Shown: in pieces, positions 1 to 9,161 of the stretch
Position numbering within the stretch: the stretch's first letter is position 1
Layout of the letters: every line of letters begins with the position of its first letter
Origin: Zestosphaera sp.
Lineage (GTDB): Archaea > Thermoproteota > Thermoprotei_A > Sulfolobales > NBVN01
Length of the DNA: 64,000 bases
Assembly: GCA_038727705.1 (NCBI GenBank)
Contig: JAVYVJ010000001.1
Location: 95,924-159,923 of the forward strand
Direction: 5' to 3'
Program-made: the position numbers and the translations under genes
Notes under the pieces: generated by a model
Database searches by the model: none
The model's input: only the letters and a program-made list of their open reading frames with translations
What the model was told of the DNA's origin: nothing

Positions 1-1
1 G

Positions 2-463
2 GTTCTCTTCTCAGCCTTCGTCGGGCAGGGATACCTAAACATAGTTGCGATCATAACGGTGTTCTCGTGGCCCGGGATAGCAAGATACACGAGGGCTCAG
101 GTAGTCATGCTTAAGTCTCAACCGTACGTGGAGGCGGCGAGGGCTGTTGGCGCCAACACCTCCAGAATTCTATTCAAGCACCTGTTGCCTCAAATGATAC
201 CCACCATAGCAGCGCTCGTCATGCTGAGGGTCGGCGCGTCGATGATGGCTGAGGCGGCGCTGAGCTTTCTGGGTTTCGGGGACCCGACGCTTAAGTCCTG
301 GGGGACTATGATATACTGGGCTAGGAGGTCCGGGGCCTTAACTTCTGGGGCTTGGTGGTGGGTAACTGCACCAGGCCTAATGATAACCATGACCGTCCTG
401 GGCTTCACGCAACTGGGTTACGTGCTGGAGGAACACTACAACCCGAGGCTTAGAAAACACTGA
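2..463 (+). CDS. ABC transporter permease, Opp/Dpp C-type, 5'-truncated by window edge
   Basis: Frame 2 is open from base 2. The tail ...AALSFLGFGDPTLKSWGTMIYWAR...YNPRLRKH parallels the paralog at 5053-5949 (SLSFLGLGDPTIKSWGTIL...FNPRLRKY). Confidence 0.85.
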   Translation, partial: VLFSAFVGQGYLNIVAIITVFSWPGIARYTRAQVVMLKSQPYVEAARAVGANTSRILFKHLLPQMIPTIAALVMLRVGASMMAEAALSFLGFGDPTLKSWGTMIYWARRSGALTSGAWWWVTAPGLMITMTVLGFTQLGYVLEEHYNPRLRKH

Positions 464-476
464 CATTCGATTGCGG

Positions 477-1859
477 CTATGTCTCCCTAGCGAACTTCAG
501 AAGGGTTATTGCGACGTGCTTCATGCTTGTCAGGAAGTCTGCCTCCCTTATGTTCTCGTTGGGTGCGTGTCCCCTGGAGTCGTAGTACCCAACACCTGCC
601 CCCGTCATTGGAATGCCGGCAACGTTTGTGAAGAGGTACATAGGTCCTGAACCCGCTGAGATCGGGGCTACTTCAGGGTCTCTCCCGTAGATCTCTCTAG
701 CAGCCTCCACTGAAGCCCTGACCACTCTCTCACCAGGTTTGGTATACCCTGAGGGGTACATGCTGTGTATCGTTATCTCAGCATCGCCGTAGCCCAGGCC
801 CTCCAAGTACCTCTTCAGGCCCTCCAAGATCTTCTCAGGCTTCTGGCCAGGCACGGGCCTTATGTCTATCTTGACACCGGCCAGTGAGGGCACTATTGTC
901 TTGGAGCCCTTCCCGGTGTAACCCGAGTAGAGCCCGGAGACGTTGAGCGACGGTTTCAGCAGGAGCTCCCTCAATGCTTCAAGACCCCTCAGACCCCTCA
1001 CGAACTCCTTAATGCCGAGCTCCTTCTTCATCTCCTCCAACTCCTCGTAATTCACCTGCTTTATCAATTCCTCGGCAGTGCTGAGGAATTCAGGGTCTAT
1101 GTCGTCGTAGATCCCGGGTACGTGGATCACACCATCGTCGTCTTTCAGCCGCGTCAGTAGCTTGGCAAGCCTCCACGCAGGGTTAGGCACTAGCGGGGCG
1201 TTCCCGCTGTGGACATCCCTCAACGCCCCCCTCAACACTATCTCCACGTACAGCATCCCCTTGAACCCGAGGGAGATGCCCAGCCTGCCGTCCCTCCTCA
1301 CGTACCCGGTCTCCCATATTCCTCCGTCAGCCCTAACCCACTCCACGTTGTCACTAACTATCTTCGAGAGTGTGGGGGAACCTATCTCTTCCTCCCCCTC
1401 AATCAGGAACTTTATCTTCAGGTCGAGGTCTTCAAGGTTGTTCATCAGCGCGTCCACAGCACCTATCCTAGCGGCTATGTTGCCCTTATTATCAGCAACC
1501 CCCCTCCCGAACATGTAGCCACTCTTAATCGTTAGCTTGAACGGGTCCGAGTCCCACAATTCTAGAGGGTCCGGAGGTTGGACGTCGTAGTGGTTGTATA
1601 TGAGGATGGTTCTGGAGCCTGAACCCACCTCAGCGAAGACCGCTGGAGCGCCCCCACCGCTTTTGAGAGTGGCTGTAAACCCCCTCTCCCTCAACAAATC
1701 CGCTATGTGGCCGGCGCACCCCTCAACATCCTTATCCCTCCAAGCGGCCACAGACCTGTAGGAGATGAGGTCGCCCAGAATCCTCACGTATTTTGCGTGA
1801 TTATCCTCTAAGTACTTTAAAGACTTGCTCTTGATCCGCTCCTCTACGGGTTCATCCAT
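477..1859 (-). CDS. M20 family metallopeptidase (ArgE/DapE/carboxypeptidase-like)
   Basis: Motifs NHYDVQPP and GRGVADNKGN are typical of the M20 family. Start is placed at ATG 1859 (MDEPVEER...). The ORF extends to 1937, so the start is uncertain (1880 and 1937 are alternatives). Confidence 0.8.
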   Translation of the reverse strand: MDEPVEERIKSKSLKYLEDNHAKYVRILGDLISYRSVAAWRDKDVEGCAGHIADLLRERGFTATLKSGGGAPAVFAEVGSGSRTILIYNHYDVQPPDPLELWDSDPFKLTIKSGYMFGRGVADNKGNIAARIGAVDALMNNLEDLDLKIKFLIEGEEEIGSPTLSKIVSDNVEWVRADGGIWETGYVRRDGRLGISLGFKGMLYVEIVLRGALRDVHSGNAPLVPNPAWRLAKLLTRLKDDDGVIHVPGIYDDIDPEFLSTAEELIKQVNYEELEEMKKELGIKEFVRGLRGLEALRELLLKPSLNVSGLYSGYTGKGSKTIVPSLAGVKIDIRPVPGQKPEKILEGLKRYLEGLGYGDAEITIHSMYPSGYTKPGERVVRASVEAAREIYGRDPEVAPISAGSGPMYLFTNVAGIPMTGAGVGYYDSRGHAPNENIREADFLTSMKHVAITLLKFARET

Positions 1860-2052
1860 TTTAGACAACCACCCATACATACAATTCACTATTTTAAGCT
1901 TAGGGGGGACCTGGTTGCCGACCCTCCTCACCCTCAAAAAGCTTTCAGACGTGGCGATTACTGGACCTCACGCGAGCTGAAGACCGGCGTGTCCGTAACT
2001 GGTCCCCCGCACTCGCTCGGTGTATGAGCCAGATAATAATACACGCATAGGA

Positions 2053-2065
2053 AAAAAATATAAAC
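2053..2065 (+). promoter_or_regulatory. TATA-like box for the SBP-permease operon
   Basis: AAAAAAATATAAA is centred about 27 nt upstream of GTG 2087, which is the spacing expected for an archaeal leaderless transcript. Confidence 0.5.
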
Positions 2066-2086
2066 CCTAACCAGGATTATAGTGTC

Positions 2087-4063
2087 GTGGTGTATAGCTT
2101 GACCAGGTTGAGAAGCAGTATAACTTTACTGCTAGCTATACTTGTTATAACCTCTACTCTAGTCGCTATACTAGGTCCTGGAACCACGGTGAGTAACGCT
2201 CTAAAGATAGAGGGTGCGAGCTATAGTGTGTGGCTGACGCCCTGCACATGTTATGGAGGCACCCTCAGGATTGCGTGGCCTTCAGAACCCCCCACTCTGA
2301 ATTGGTGGGTCGCGGGATCCACCTGGGACTTGACCGCTTTGGACGTGATATATGATAGGCCTGTCAGAGTCATCAACGGAACCCTCACATTCGAGGCCGT
2401 GGAGTGGATGGAGTACAGCTCCGACTACAAGATCTTGACAATAGGGGTTAGGAAAGGCATAAAGTTTCATGACGGTGTTGAGCTCACGGCTGAGGATCTC
2501 GCCTTCACCATAAATGTCCTGGCTACTAAGTCATGGACCTACTACTATGGATACTTCAGGAGTGTGGACAGGGCTGAGGCCGCCGATAAATACACTGTCA
2601 AAGTGTACTTCAAGAGTCCCGACGCTCAGTTCATCCTCAACTCCCTCAACGCCTTAAGGATCATGCCTAAACATATATGGGAGCCGCTGCTTAACTCCCT
2701 CGGCGACGAGCTCGCTAAGTACTCACCCAAACCCGGTGACTTGATTGGTAGCGGACCCTTCAAGTTCGTTGATAGGGTTCCCGGGCAGTACCTGAAGTTT
2801 GCGGCGAATAAGGACTACTGGCTCGGGAGGCCGTGTATAGATGAACTCATCTTAATCCCTATGACGGACGTCAGCGTGATCATACTGGGGCTTCAGAAGG
2901 GTGAGCTGGATGCTTACGCGTGGGGCGTTGAAGCACCTGTAGTGCCTAAGTTGCTGGCCACTCCCAACGTAGCCATACACGTGTACGCCTCAGAGTACTT
3001 CTATCATTGGGGCCTCAACAACGAGGTGTGGCCGCTCAACATCTCAAAGTTCAGGCTAGCACTGTCTTACGCCATCGACAAACAGAGCATAATAAACGAC
3101 GTTCTCCTAGGCTACGGCATGCCGGGCAGCCCCGGCGTGGTAGGCCCGATAGGCTCTTCGACGCCGTGGTATAATCCTAACGTTGAGAAGCTCGTCTACT
3201 TCAACCGCTCCAAAGCTGCTGAGATATTGGATGAGATAGGGTTTAAAGATGTTAACGGTGATGGATTTAGGGAGGGCCCGAAGGGCGAGCCTGTTGTAGT
3301 GGAGATATACTCCCCCACACCTGGCTACGACCCGATTAGAGCTAGGATCGCCGAACTACTTAGGGCGGAGCTGGCTAAAATACCCAACGGGGGAATCAAG
3401 GCTGAGGTATACTACTACGAGTGGGCGACTCTATGGCCTCTCATCCAGCAAGGTAAGGTAATGACTTGGTTGTTGGGCAGCGGCTGGGCACCAGATATAG
3501 GCTGGCTCTACAACAGGTTCCACAGCAGACCTGGAGGTTCAGGCAACTGGGCTAGGTACGCCAACCCGGAGGTAGACAAGCTGACCGAGGAGTTGCTCAC
3601 CACGTTCGATCCAGCGAAACGTAAGGAGATCGCCTGGAAGATCCAGGAATACCTCGCGCTGGAGTCTCCGGTAATCAACCTCTACTACAGGTTCTACCCT
3701 AATCCATACCGGACAGACAGGTTCACCAACTGGTTCACGGGAGACACTGCCGACAGCGTGTTCAACCGTGTGACTCTGCTTAGAGTTCAGCTGAAACCCG
3801 GAACATGCCCAACCCCGGTAACAACACCTACGCCGACGCCCACGCCTACTACGAGTCCTACTACGCCTAAGCCCACAACGCCAACACCAACACCGACACC
3901 AACAACAACTCCCACAACGACCCCTACAACCCCTAAACCAACAACACCAACGCCCACACCAACAACCCCTCCTGCAGGTCCTGACTACACTTGGATAGCT
4001 GTAGGCGCGATAGCGATAATAATAGTGGTAGCAGTAGTGTTCCTCTTCATGAGAAGGAGATAA
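2087..4063 (+). CDS. ABC transporter substrate-binding protein, family 5 (peptide/nickel type), C-terminally membrane anchored
   Basis: 658 aa. It has an N-terminal hydrophobic signal (ITLLLAILVITSTLVAILG), a large SBP core, a Thr/Pro linker, a terminal hydrophobic helix and RRR. It is the first gene of an SBP-permease-permease operon. Confidence 0.85.
   Translation: MVYSLTRLRSSITLLLAILVITSTLVAILGPGTTVSNALKIEGASYSVWLTPCTCYGGTLRIAWPSEPPTLNWWVAGSTWDLTALDVIYDRPVRVINGTLTFEAVEWMEYSSDYKILTIGVRKGIKFHDGVELTAEDLAFTINVLATKSWTYYYGYFRSVDRAEAADKYTVKVYFKSPDAQFILNSLNALRIMPKHIWEPLLNSLGDELAKYSPKPGDLIGSGPFKFVDRVPGQYLKFAANKDYWLGRPCIDELILIPMTDVSVIILGLQKGELDAYAWGVEAPVVPKLLATPNVAIHVYASEYFYHWGLNNEVWPLNISKFRLALSYAIDKQSIINDVLLGYGMPGSPGVVGPIGSSTPWYNPNVEKLVYFNRSKAAEILDEIGFKDVNGDGFREGPKGEPVVVEIYSPTPGYDPIRARIAELLRAELAKIPNGGIKAEVYYYEWATLWPLIQQGKVMTWLLGSGWAPDIGWLYNRFHSRPGGSGNWARYANPEVDKLTEELLTTFDPAKRKEIAWKIQEYLALESPVINLYYRFYPNPYRTDRFTNWFTGDTADSVFNRVTLLRVQLKPGTCPTPVTTPTPTPTPTTSPTTPKPTTPTPTPTPTTTPTTTPTTPKPTTPTPTPTTPPAGPDYTWIAVGAIAIIIVVAVVFLFMRRR
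3809..3972 (+). repeat. Coding low-complexity Thr/Pro tract with an internal imperfect tandem duplication
   Basis: Translates to PTPVTTPTPTPTPTTSPTTPKPTTPTPTPTPTTTPTTTPTTPKPTTPTPTPTTPP. The unit TTPKPTTPTPTPT occurs twice. This is the linker of the SBP. Confidence 0.9.
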
Positions 4064-4090
4064 CATGTCCTCGTCTCCGGGTGTTAAATA

Positions 4091-5056
4091 GTGAAGACCT
4101 TTTTAATTAGAAGAGTTATCACCTCCCTTGTGACCTTTATCATCATCATAACGATAGTGTTTGTTCTAGTCAGAATGACGGGGGACCCGCTCGCCGAGCT
4201 GGAGAATGACCCTAGAATAGCTCCTGAAACCATAAAGGCTTTGAGAGCGTCCTTCGGTCTTGATAAGCCCCTCTACGAACAGTACCTGTCGTACATAGTT
4301 AATCTCTTTCAAGGTAATTTCGGGCATTCCCTTCATTACAAGGCTCCCGTCATGGATATAATCCTTCAGAAGTTCCCTTACACGTTAGCACTGCTGATAC
4401 CCTCGATAACCCTGTCGAACTATCTGGTCTACAAGATAGGTATTGAGGTGGGCTGGAGAAGGGGGAGTAAGTTGGACTCGGTGTTTATGAGTGTCTCCAT
4501 GTTCATAAGGTCGACACCATACTTCTGGCTTGCGATAGTCTTCCTCTACATGTTCTCCATAAAGCTGGAAGTAACCCCGATCTTCGGAGCCGTGACCCCT
4601 GGAAAGAGCTTTGACTGGTCTCTTGACTGGTTTCTTGACTACCTATGGCACTACGCCCTGCCCTTCGGCGTCCTAACGTTTCGAGGAGTTCTTGCGGAGC
4701 TGATATACGTGAGGAACGTGGTTATAGATATCTTAAGTGAGGACTTTGTGACGACCGGACGGGCTAAGGGACTGCCAGACAAGTACATCAAGTCTCACTA
4801 CGTGGCGCGTAATGCCATGCTACCTATAGTGACTGTGTTAGGTATGAGATATGCCTTCATAATAGACGGCGCAATATTGACGGAGACCGTGTTCTCCTAC
4901 CCTGGCACCGGAAGACTGGTTTACGAAGCAATATTCAACAGGGACTACTGGCTCCTCCAAGGCGCTGTTGTCGTGCTGGCTTTAAGCGTCATTCTCGTCA
5001 ACTTAGTTACGGATGTCTTATACACCTACTTGGATCCGAGGGTGAGGTATAAATGA
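4091..5056 (+). CDS. ABC transporter permease, Opp/Dpp B-type
   Basis: 321 aa with multiple hydrophobic helices. It has the typical OppB/DppB N-terminus (LIRRVITSLVTFIIII) and tail (YTYLDPRVRY). It follows the SBP gene. Confidence 0.85.
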   Translation: MKTFLIRRVITSLVTFIIIITIVFVLVRMTGDPLAELENDPRIAPETIKALRASFGLDKPLYEQYLSYIVNLFQGNFGHSLHYKAPVMDIILQKFPYTLALLIPSITLSNYLVYKIGIEVGWRRGSKLDSVFMSVSMFIRSTPYFWLAIVFLYMFSIKLEVTPIFGAVTPGKSFDWSLDWFLDYLWHYALPFGVLTFRGVLAELIYVRNVVIDILSEDFVTTGRAKGLPDKYIKSHYVARNAMLPIVTVLGMRYAFIIDGAILTETVFSYPGTGRLVYEAIFNRDYWLLQGAVVVLALSVILVNLVTDVLYTYLDPRVRYK

Positions 5057-5949
5057 AGCTCAACACCTCACTCAGCAAAGGCAGCGTTGCCGATAGGTTG
5101 AAGGCGTTCTGGGTCGTTTTCAAACGCGATAAAGCTGCCGTGGTTGGGTTAGGGATATTCATTGCAATACTATCCGTGGCGATCTTCGCTGACTTCATAG
5201 CTCCTTACAACCCCTACGCTCGGGTAGGCAGGCCTTATGAGCCGCCCAGCGACAAACACATCCTCGGCACTAACGACATTGGGCAGGACATCTTCAGTGA
5301 GATAATTTACGGCACCAGGGCCTCCCTTCTGGTAGGGTTTTTAGCTGCATTGATAGGGACGTCCATAGGGTCGGTGGTAGGGCTTATGGCCGGCTACCAC
5401 GGCGGGAAGCTTGATGAGGCATTGATGAGGTTGACTGACATATGGCTTTCGATACCTACGTTGCTCTTCGCGCTGTTCCTGGCCGCCATAATAATTAGGA
5501 TTAAGGGGGTGCCGATGTTCTACTCAGTGATCTTGGCCATAGCCCTAACCGCATGGCCCGCTGTGGCAAGGCTGGTGAGGTCCGCCACCCTCTCGATAAA
5601 GGAGAGGCAGTACATAGAGTCTGCCGTAGCCCTAGGGGCTTCATCAACCAGGATAATATTTAGGCACATACTCCCTAACGTGACGCCGATAATACTGGTG
5701 GAGATAGTTGTGAGGACTGCCATGGCTATGATAACTGAGTCATCCCTAAGCTTCCTGGGACTCGGAGACCCCACAATAAAAAGCTGGGGGACCATACTTC
5801 ACTTCGCGATGATCAAGAATGCAGTGATACTGGAGATGTGGTGGTGGTTCCTCCCTCCAGGTCTAATGATAGCTTTAACGGTGATGTCGGTAATGATGAT
5901 AGGTAGAGGGCTTGAGATGTACTTTAACCCACGCCTGCGGAAATATTGA
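5053..5949 (+). CDS. ABC transporter permease, Opp/Dpp C-type
   Basis: 298 aa with a 4-nt ATGA overlap with the upstream permease. It carries HILGTNDIGQDIFS and an EAA-like SLSFLGLGDP motif. Confidence 0.85.
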   Translation: MKLNTSLSKGSVADRLKAFWVVFKRDKAAVVGLGIFIAILSVAIFADFIAPYNPYARVGRPYEPPSDKHILGTNDIGQDIFSEIIYGTRASLLVGFLAALIGTSIGSVVGLMAGYHGGKLDEALMRLTDIWLSIPTLLFALFLAAIIIRIKGVPMFYSVILAIALTAWPAVARLVRSATLSIKERQYIESAVALGASSTRIIFRHILPNVTPIILVEIVVRTAMAMITESSLSFLGLGDPTIKSWGTILHFAMIKNAVILEMWWWFLPPGLMIALTVMSVMMIGRGLEMYFNPRLRKY

Positions 5950-6094
5950 ATCTCTCCGCATGCGTCTTTAGTCTCAACCACCACGCGTCGATTTTATGTA
6001 AAACCACTCCTGCCAAACTCTATTCCCCCTAGGGTCCTCCAACCACAGTCCACACACTGGAAGAACTACTTACAGCATGCAAGCCTACTAAGGC

Positions 6095-6625
6095 TCAGCC
6101 CTCCGTCCAACCCATTTTAGTTAGAACCTCTACCGCTTTCAAGTGCATGTCCCCGCTCAGGACATATAGATGGAGATTCATCCCGCGACCTAACTCCTCA
6201 AACGCTTTGACCATAGATCTCAAGGACTCCTCGAGGGTTAAGCCTCCGACCCCAGCACCCATTAACGAGAACGCCACCGTTGTTACTCCAACCCTGCGGG
6301 CTTCTTTAAGAGCTGCCTTAGTCGCTTCATACACTTTCTCCGCGCTGGATCTTCCTCCAGGGGCCTCGACGGTTGGTGTGTGAATAACGTACCTACACTT
6401 AAGCTTGCCGGCCGAGGTGGTCACGGCCCTACCAATAGGCACTGGTGCATGCCTCCTAGCCTCTAACTCTATTTCAACCCCGCCTTTCCTCCTTATAGCC
6501 CCTGCAACCCCTCCACCCATAAACATGTACGTATTCGCCGGGTTCACCACGGCATCTCCGGTGAACTCAGTTATATCCCCAATCACCACATCCAGAAACA
6601 CACTACCTCTAGACAGCCTTACCAT
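6095..6625 (-). CDS. Macro domain protein (ADP-ribose / O-acetyl-ADP-ribose binding or hydrolysing)
   Basis: 176 aa with GDITEFTGDAVVNPANTYMFMGGGVAGAI and LMGAGVGGL, the macro-domain signature motifs. Confidence 0.8.
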   Translation of the reverse strand: MVRLSRGSVFLDVVIGDITEFTGDAVVNPANTYMFMGGGVAGAIRRKGGVEIELEARRHAPVPIGRAVTTSAGKLKCRYVIHTPTVEAPGGRSSAEKVYEATKAALKEARRVGVTTVAFSLMGAGVGGLTLEESLRSMVKAFEELGRGMNLHLYVLSGDMHLKAVEVLTKMGWTEG

Positions 6626-6814
6626 GCATGATCACGATTATTATCAGGTGATCGAGACTTATGAGGTTGATCCGCGGTGGCGGGTCGCCTAGGGTTCGCG
6701 TCATCAGGCAAGGGACTTGGGTCGGATCTAGGACTCCGCCCCCTCCATCCTGAGCGATGCGGGCATCAACGATGTTGGAATAACTTAGTCTTTGAGTATA
6801 TGTGTTTCGGTGAT

Positions 6815-6821
6815 AAAAAAA
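6815..6821 (-). terminator. Oligo-T tract (T7 on minus strand) just downstream of the oxidoreductase stop
   Basis: The A7 run on the plus strand starts 5 nt past the TAA at 6826-6828. Archaeal RNAP terminates at oligo-T. Confidence 0.4.
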
Positions 6822-6825
6822 GGGT

Positions 6826-8763
6826 TTAAATGTTTAACGCCGTGAAGAATCCCTCATGCACTGCGTCTATGACTTTCCTCGGTTCCTTAGCATCCCCTAT
6901 GATGTGGACCTCCTTAGCCACCGCTCTTGCAGCGTTAACTAACTGCGGATCTATGTTGGATACCCTCCCCGCCGCTAACACCACTGTGTCTGCCTCGATG
7001 AAGAACCTCTCGAGCGGCGGCCTCACTACCTCAACGCCGTTTCTCTCCACCCTTATGACCGGGGTTGATGTGTAGACTCTTATACCGTACCTACTGAGCA
7101 GTCCTCCCGTCCTGAGCAACGCTATCTTGGACACGGGTTCTAAGTCCTTAGCTATTTCGGGCAGCGCCTCAACCAGGCTTACCTCCCTGCCGTTCATGGC
7201 TAGATGCAGTGCTGTCTCAATGCCTACGAGTCCGCCGCCGACAACGATCACCCTCCTCCCTACAGGCGCTCTTCCCAATAACACGTCATCGGCTACCACC
7301 GCGCTCTCAACGCCGGGTATCTTTGGGATGAGTGGTCTGGAGCCCGTGGCGATCACCACGGCGTCCGGTCTTAGTTCCTCAAGTGTTTTCGGGGTTGCTT
7401 TAACCTTGGTCATCAGCCTGACTCCAAGCTGCTTCAGCTGGGCTTCATACCACCTAACCAACCTCTCAAGCCTCTTCTTGAAGTCTGAGGCCGAGGAGAC
7501 TTTGAGGGTGCCTCCGAGAGCTTCTCCCTCGTCTATTAGAACCACCTCATGACCTCTGATGGCAAGCACCCTCGCGGCTTCAAGCCCTGCTGGGCCGCCG
7601 CCCACAACAACTACTTTCTTCCTTTGTGCCGCTCTCGGCAAGAGGTCTTCGGACGACCACCTGTATTCGAAGCCTGAGATCGGGTTGACCGCACACCAGG
7701 TTGGTTTACCGTAGAATACCCTATTGCCTATGCAACCCTCATTGCATGCTTGGCAGATCCTTATGCTGTCCAACCTGCCCTCCCTGACCTTCTTAGGCCA
7801 CTCAGGATCTGCTATCAGTTGCCTCCCAACGAACACCGCGTCAACCAAACCCTTAGCTATGGCTTCCTCAGCCACGCTTGGGTCGGTTATGAGGCCCCCG
7901 CTTATGACTGGCACGTTTACGGCGGATTTTATCTCCTTAGCCAGATTGAAGAAGAACCCCTCCCCAGTGTAGTAGTAGGGCATGAGGATCATGTCCATCG
8001 TGTCGTAGTTCCCGCCGGTCACGTCGAAGGCGTCCACGCCGGCCTCCTCCACAAGCCTTTTAGCAACCTCCTTAGCGTAGTTAGTGGTGATTCCGCCCTC
8101 CATGAACTCGTTGGCGTTTAACCTGAATATCACCGGGTAGTTCCTCCCGCACAGGCTCTTAATTCTCTGAACGACCTCAACAGCGAATAACACCCTATCA
8201 ACACCGTACCTGTCCGTGCGTTTATTAGTGAGCGGTGAGAGGAACTGCGTTATTAGGTAGCCGTGCGTTCCGTGAACCTCAACAGCGTCGAAGCCGGCCT
8301 GCTGGGCCCTGAGCGCCGCCCTAGCGAAGTCCTCGACCAACGCCTCCACCTCCTCCGTCCTGAGCTCCCTCGGGGTCTTGGCAGGCGGAACCACCTTCCT
8401 GCCGATGGCTGAGGGTCCAAGCGGTTGACCTACGTGGGCCTGCACGCCGCCGTGAGCTATCTGAATCGCGGATCTGCTGCCGTGGATCTTAATGACGTCA
8501 GCCAGCCTAGCCAACCCCGGCACGAGCTCATCGTCGTATATCCCTATCTCCCCCGAGACCAGCTTGCCGTCCTCACGGATGTACGAGGCCTCAACTATTA
8601 TGAGTCCAACGCCGCCGCGCGCCCTAGCCTCATAATATGAGAGCGCCTGCTCGGTGATCTCCCCATGTGGGCCAGCGTAGCCAACAACCATCGGCGGCAT
8701 TACTATCCTGTTCGGTACTTCAAGACCTCTAATGCAGAAAGGCTTGAATAGCTTCTCGAACAC
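6826..8763 (-). CDS. Two-domain flavoprotein: OYE-like NADH:flavin oxidoreductase fused to an FAD/NAD(P)-binding domain (2,4-dienoyl-CoA reductase / NADH oxidase architecture)
   Basis: 645 aa. The N-terminal TIM-barrel has HGTHGYLITQFLSP. The C-terminal half carries Rossmann motifs GGGPAGLEAA and VGGGLVGIE. Confidence 0.85.
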   Translation of the reverse strand: MFEKLFKPFCIRGLEVPNRIVMPPMVVGYAGPHGEITEQALSYYEARARGGVGLIIVEASYIREDGKLVSGEIGIYDDELVPGLARLADVIKIHGSRSAIQIAHGGVQAHVGQPLGPSAIGRKVVPPAKTPRELRTEEVEALVEDFARAALRAQQAGFDAVEVHGTHGYLITQFLSPLTNKRTDRYGVDRVLFAVEVVQRIKSLCGRNYPVIFRLNANEFMEGGITTNYAKEVAKRLVEEAGVDAFDVTGGNYDTMDMILMPYYYTGEGFFFNLAKEIKSAVNVPVISGGLITDPSVAEEAIAKGLVDAVFVGRQLIADPEWPKKVREGRLDSIRICQACNEGCIGNRVFYGKPTWCAVNPISGFEYRWSSEDLLPRAAQRKKVVVVGGGPAGLEAARVLAIRGHEVVLIDEGEALGGTLKVSSASDFKKRLERLVRWYEAQLKQLGVRLMTKVKATPKTLEELRPDAVVIATGSRPLIPKIPGVESAVVADDVLLGRAPVGRRVIVVGGGLVGIETALHLAMNGREVSLVEALPEIAKDLEPVSKIALLRTGGLLSRYGIRVYTSTPVIRVERNGVEVVRPPLERFFIEADTVVLAAGRVSNIDPQLVNAARAVAKEVHIIGDAKEPRKVIDAVHEGFFTALNI

Positions 8764-9161
8764 TATAACACCTCATTGAGATATAGCTATAGGTCCGAAT
8801 AAATTTTAATTAATTACTTTTAATTATATTTACTTAAATACTCAAGATATTTATGCTTGCTAGCAGTGCGTTGATCGCTGCGGGAATGAGTTCTTAACAA
8901 TCTGAGTATGGTGTGTATGCCAAAGTTAGGTTAGGGTTCGGCTCCTGTATGGGTTTGCGTTGATTGATTTTATTGTCTTGTTTTCCCTGCATTGGGCTTG
9001 GGGGGGGGTGTTCAGGGCGACCCCTCATCGAGACCACCATGTGTAAAGCACCTAAGCATTTACATCCACAACAACCAACGCAAACAAATTATGAAACCCA
9101 AAACAACTGCACGAGGCGTCTCCCAGTCCTCAATGCTATAGGGGGACTTACGTAATTGGTT

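Noticed and set aside
3539-4066. 175-aa Cys/Arg/Trp-rich ORF antisense to the SBP 3' end
   Set aside because: It is the mirror image of the ACN/CCN Thr/Pro repeat and is not plausible as a protein.
8881-8930. AAUGAG...CUGA...AUGGUG pattern resembling C/D' /C' boxes
   Set aside because: The boxes are degenerate and there is no terminal D box.
8964-9155. 63-aa ORF in the long spacer
   Set aside because: It has poor coding composition (it includes the poly-G tract and an A/C-rich run), no start context and no motifs.
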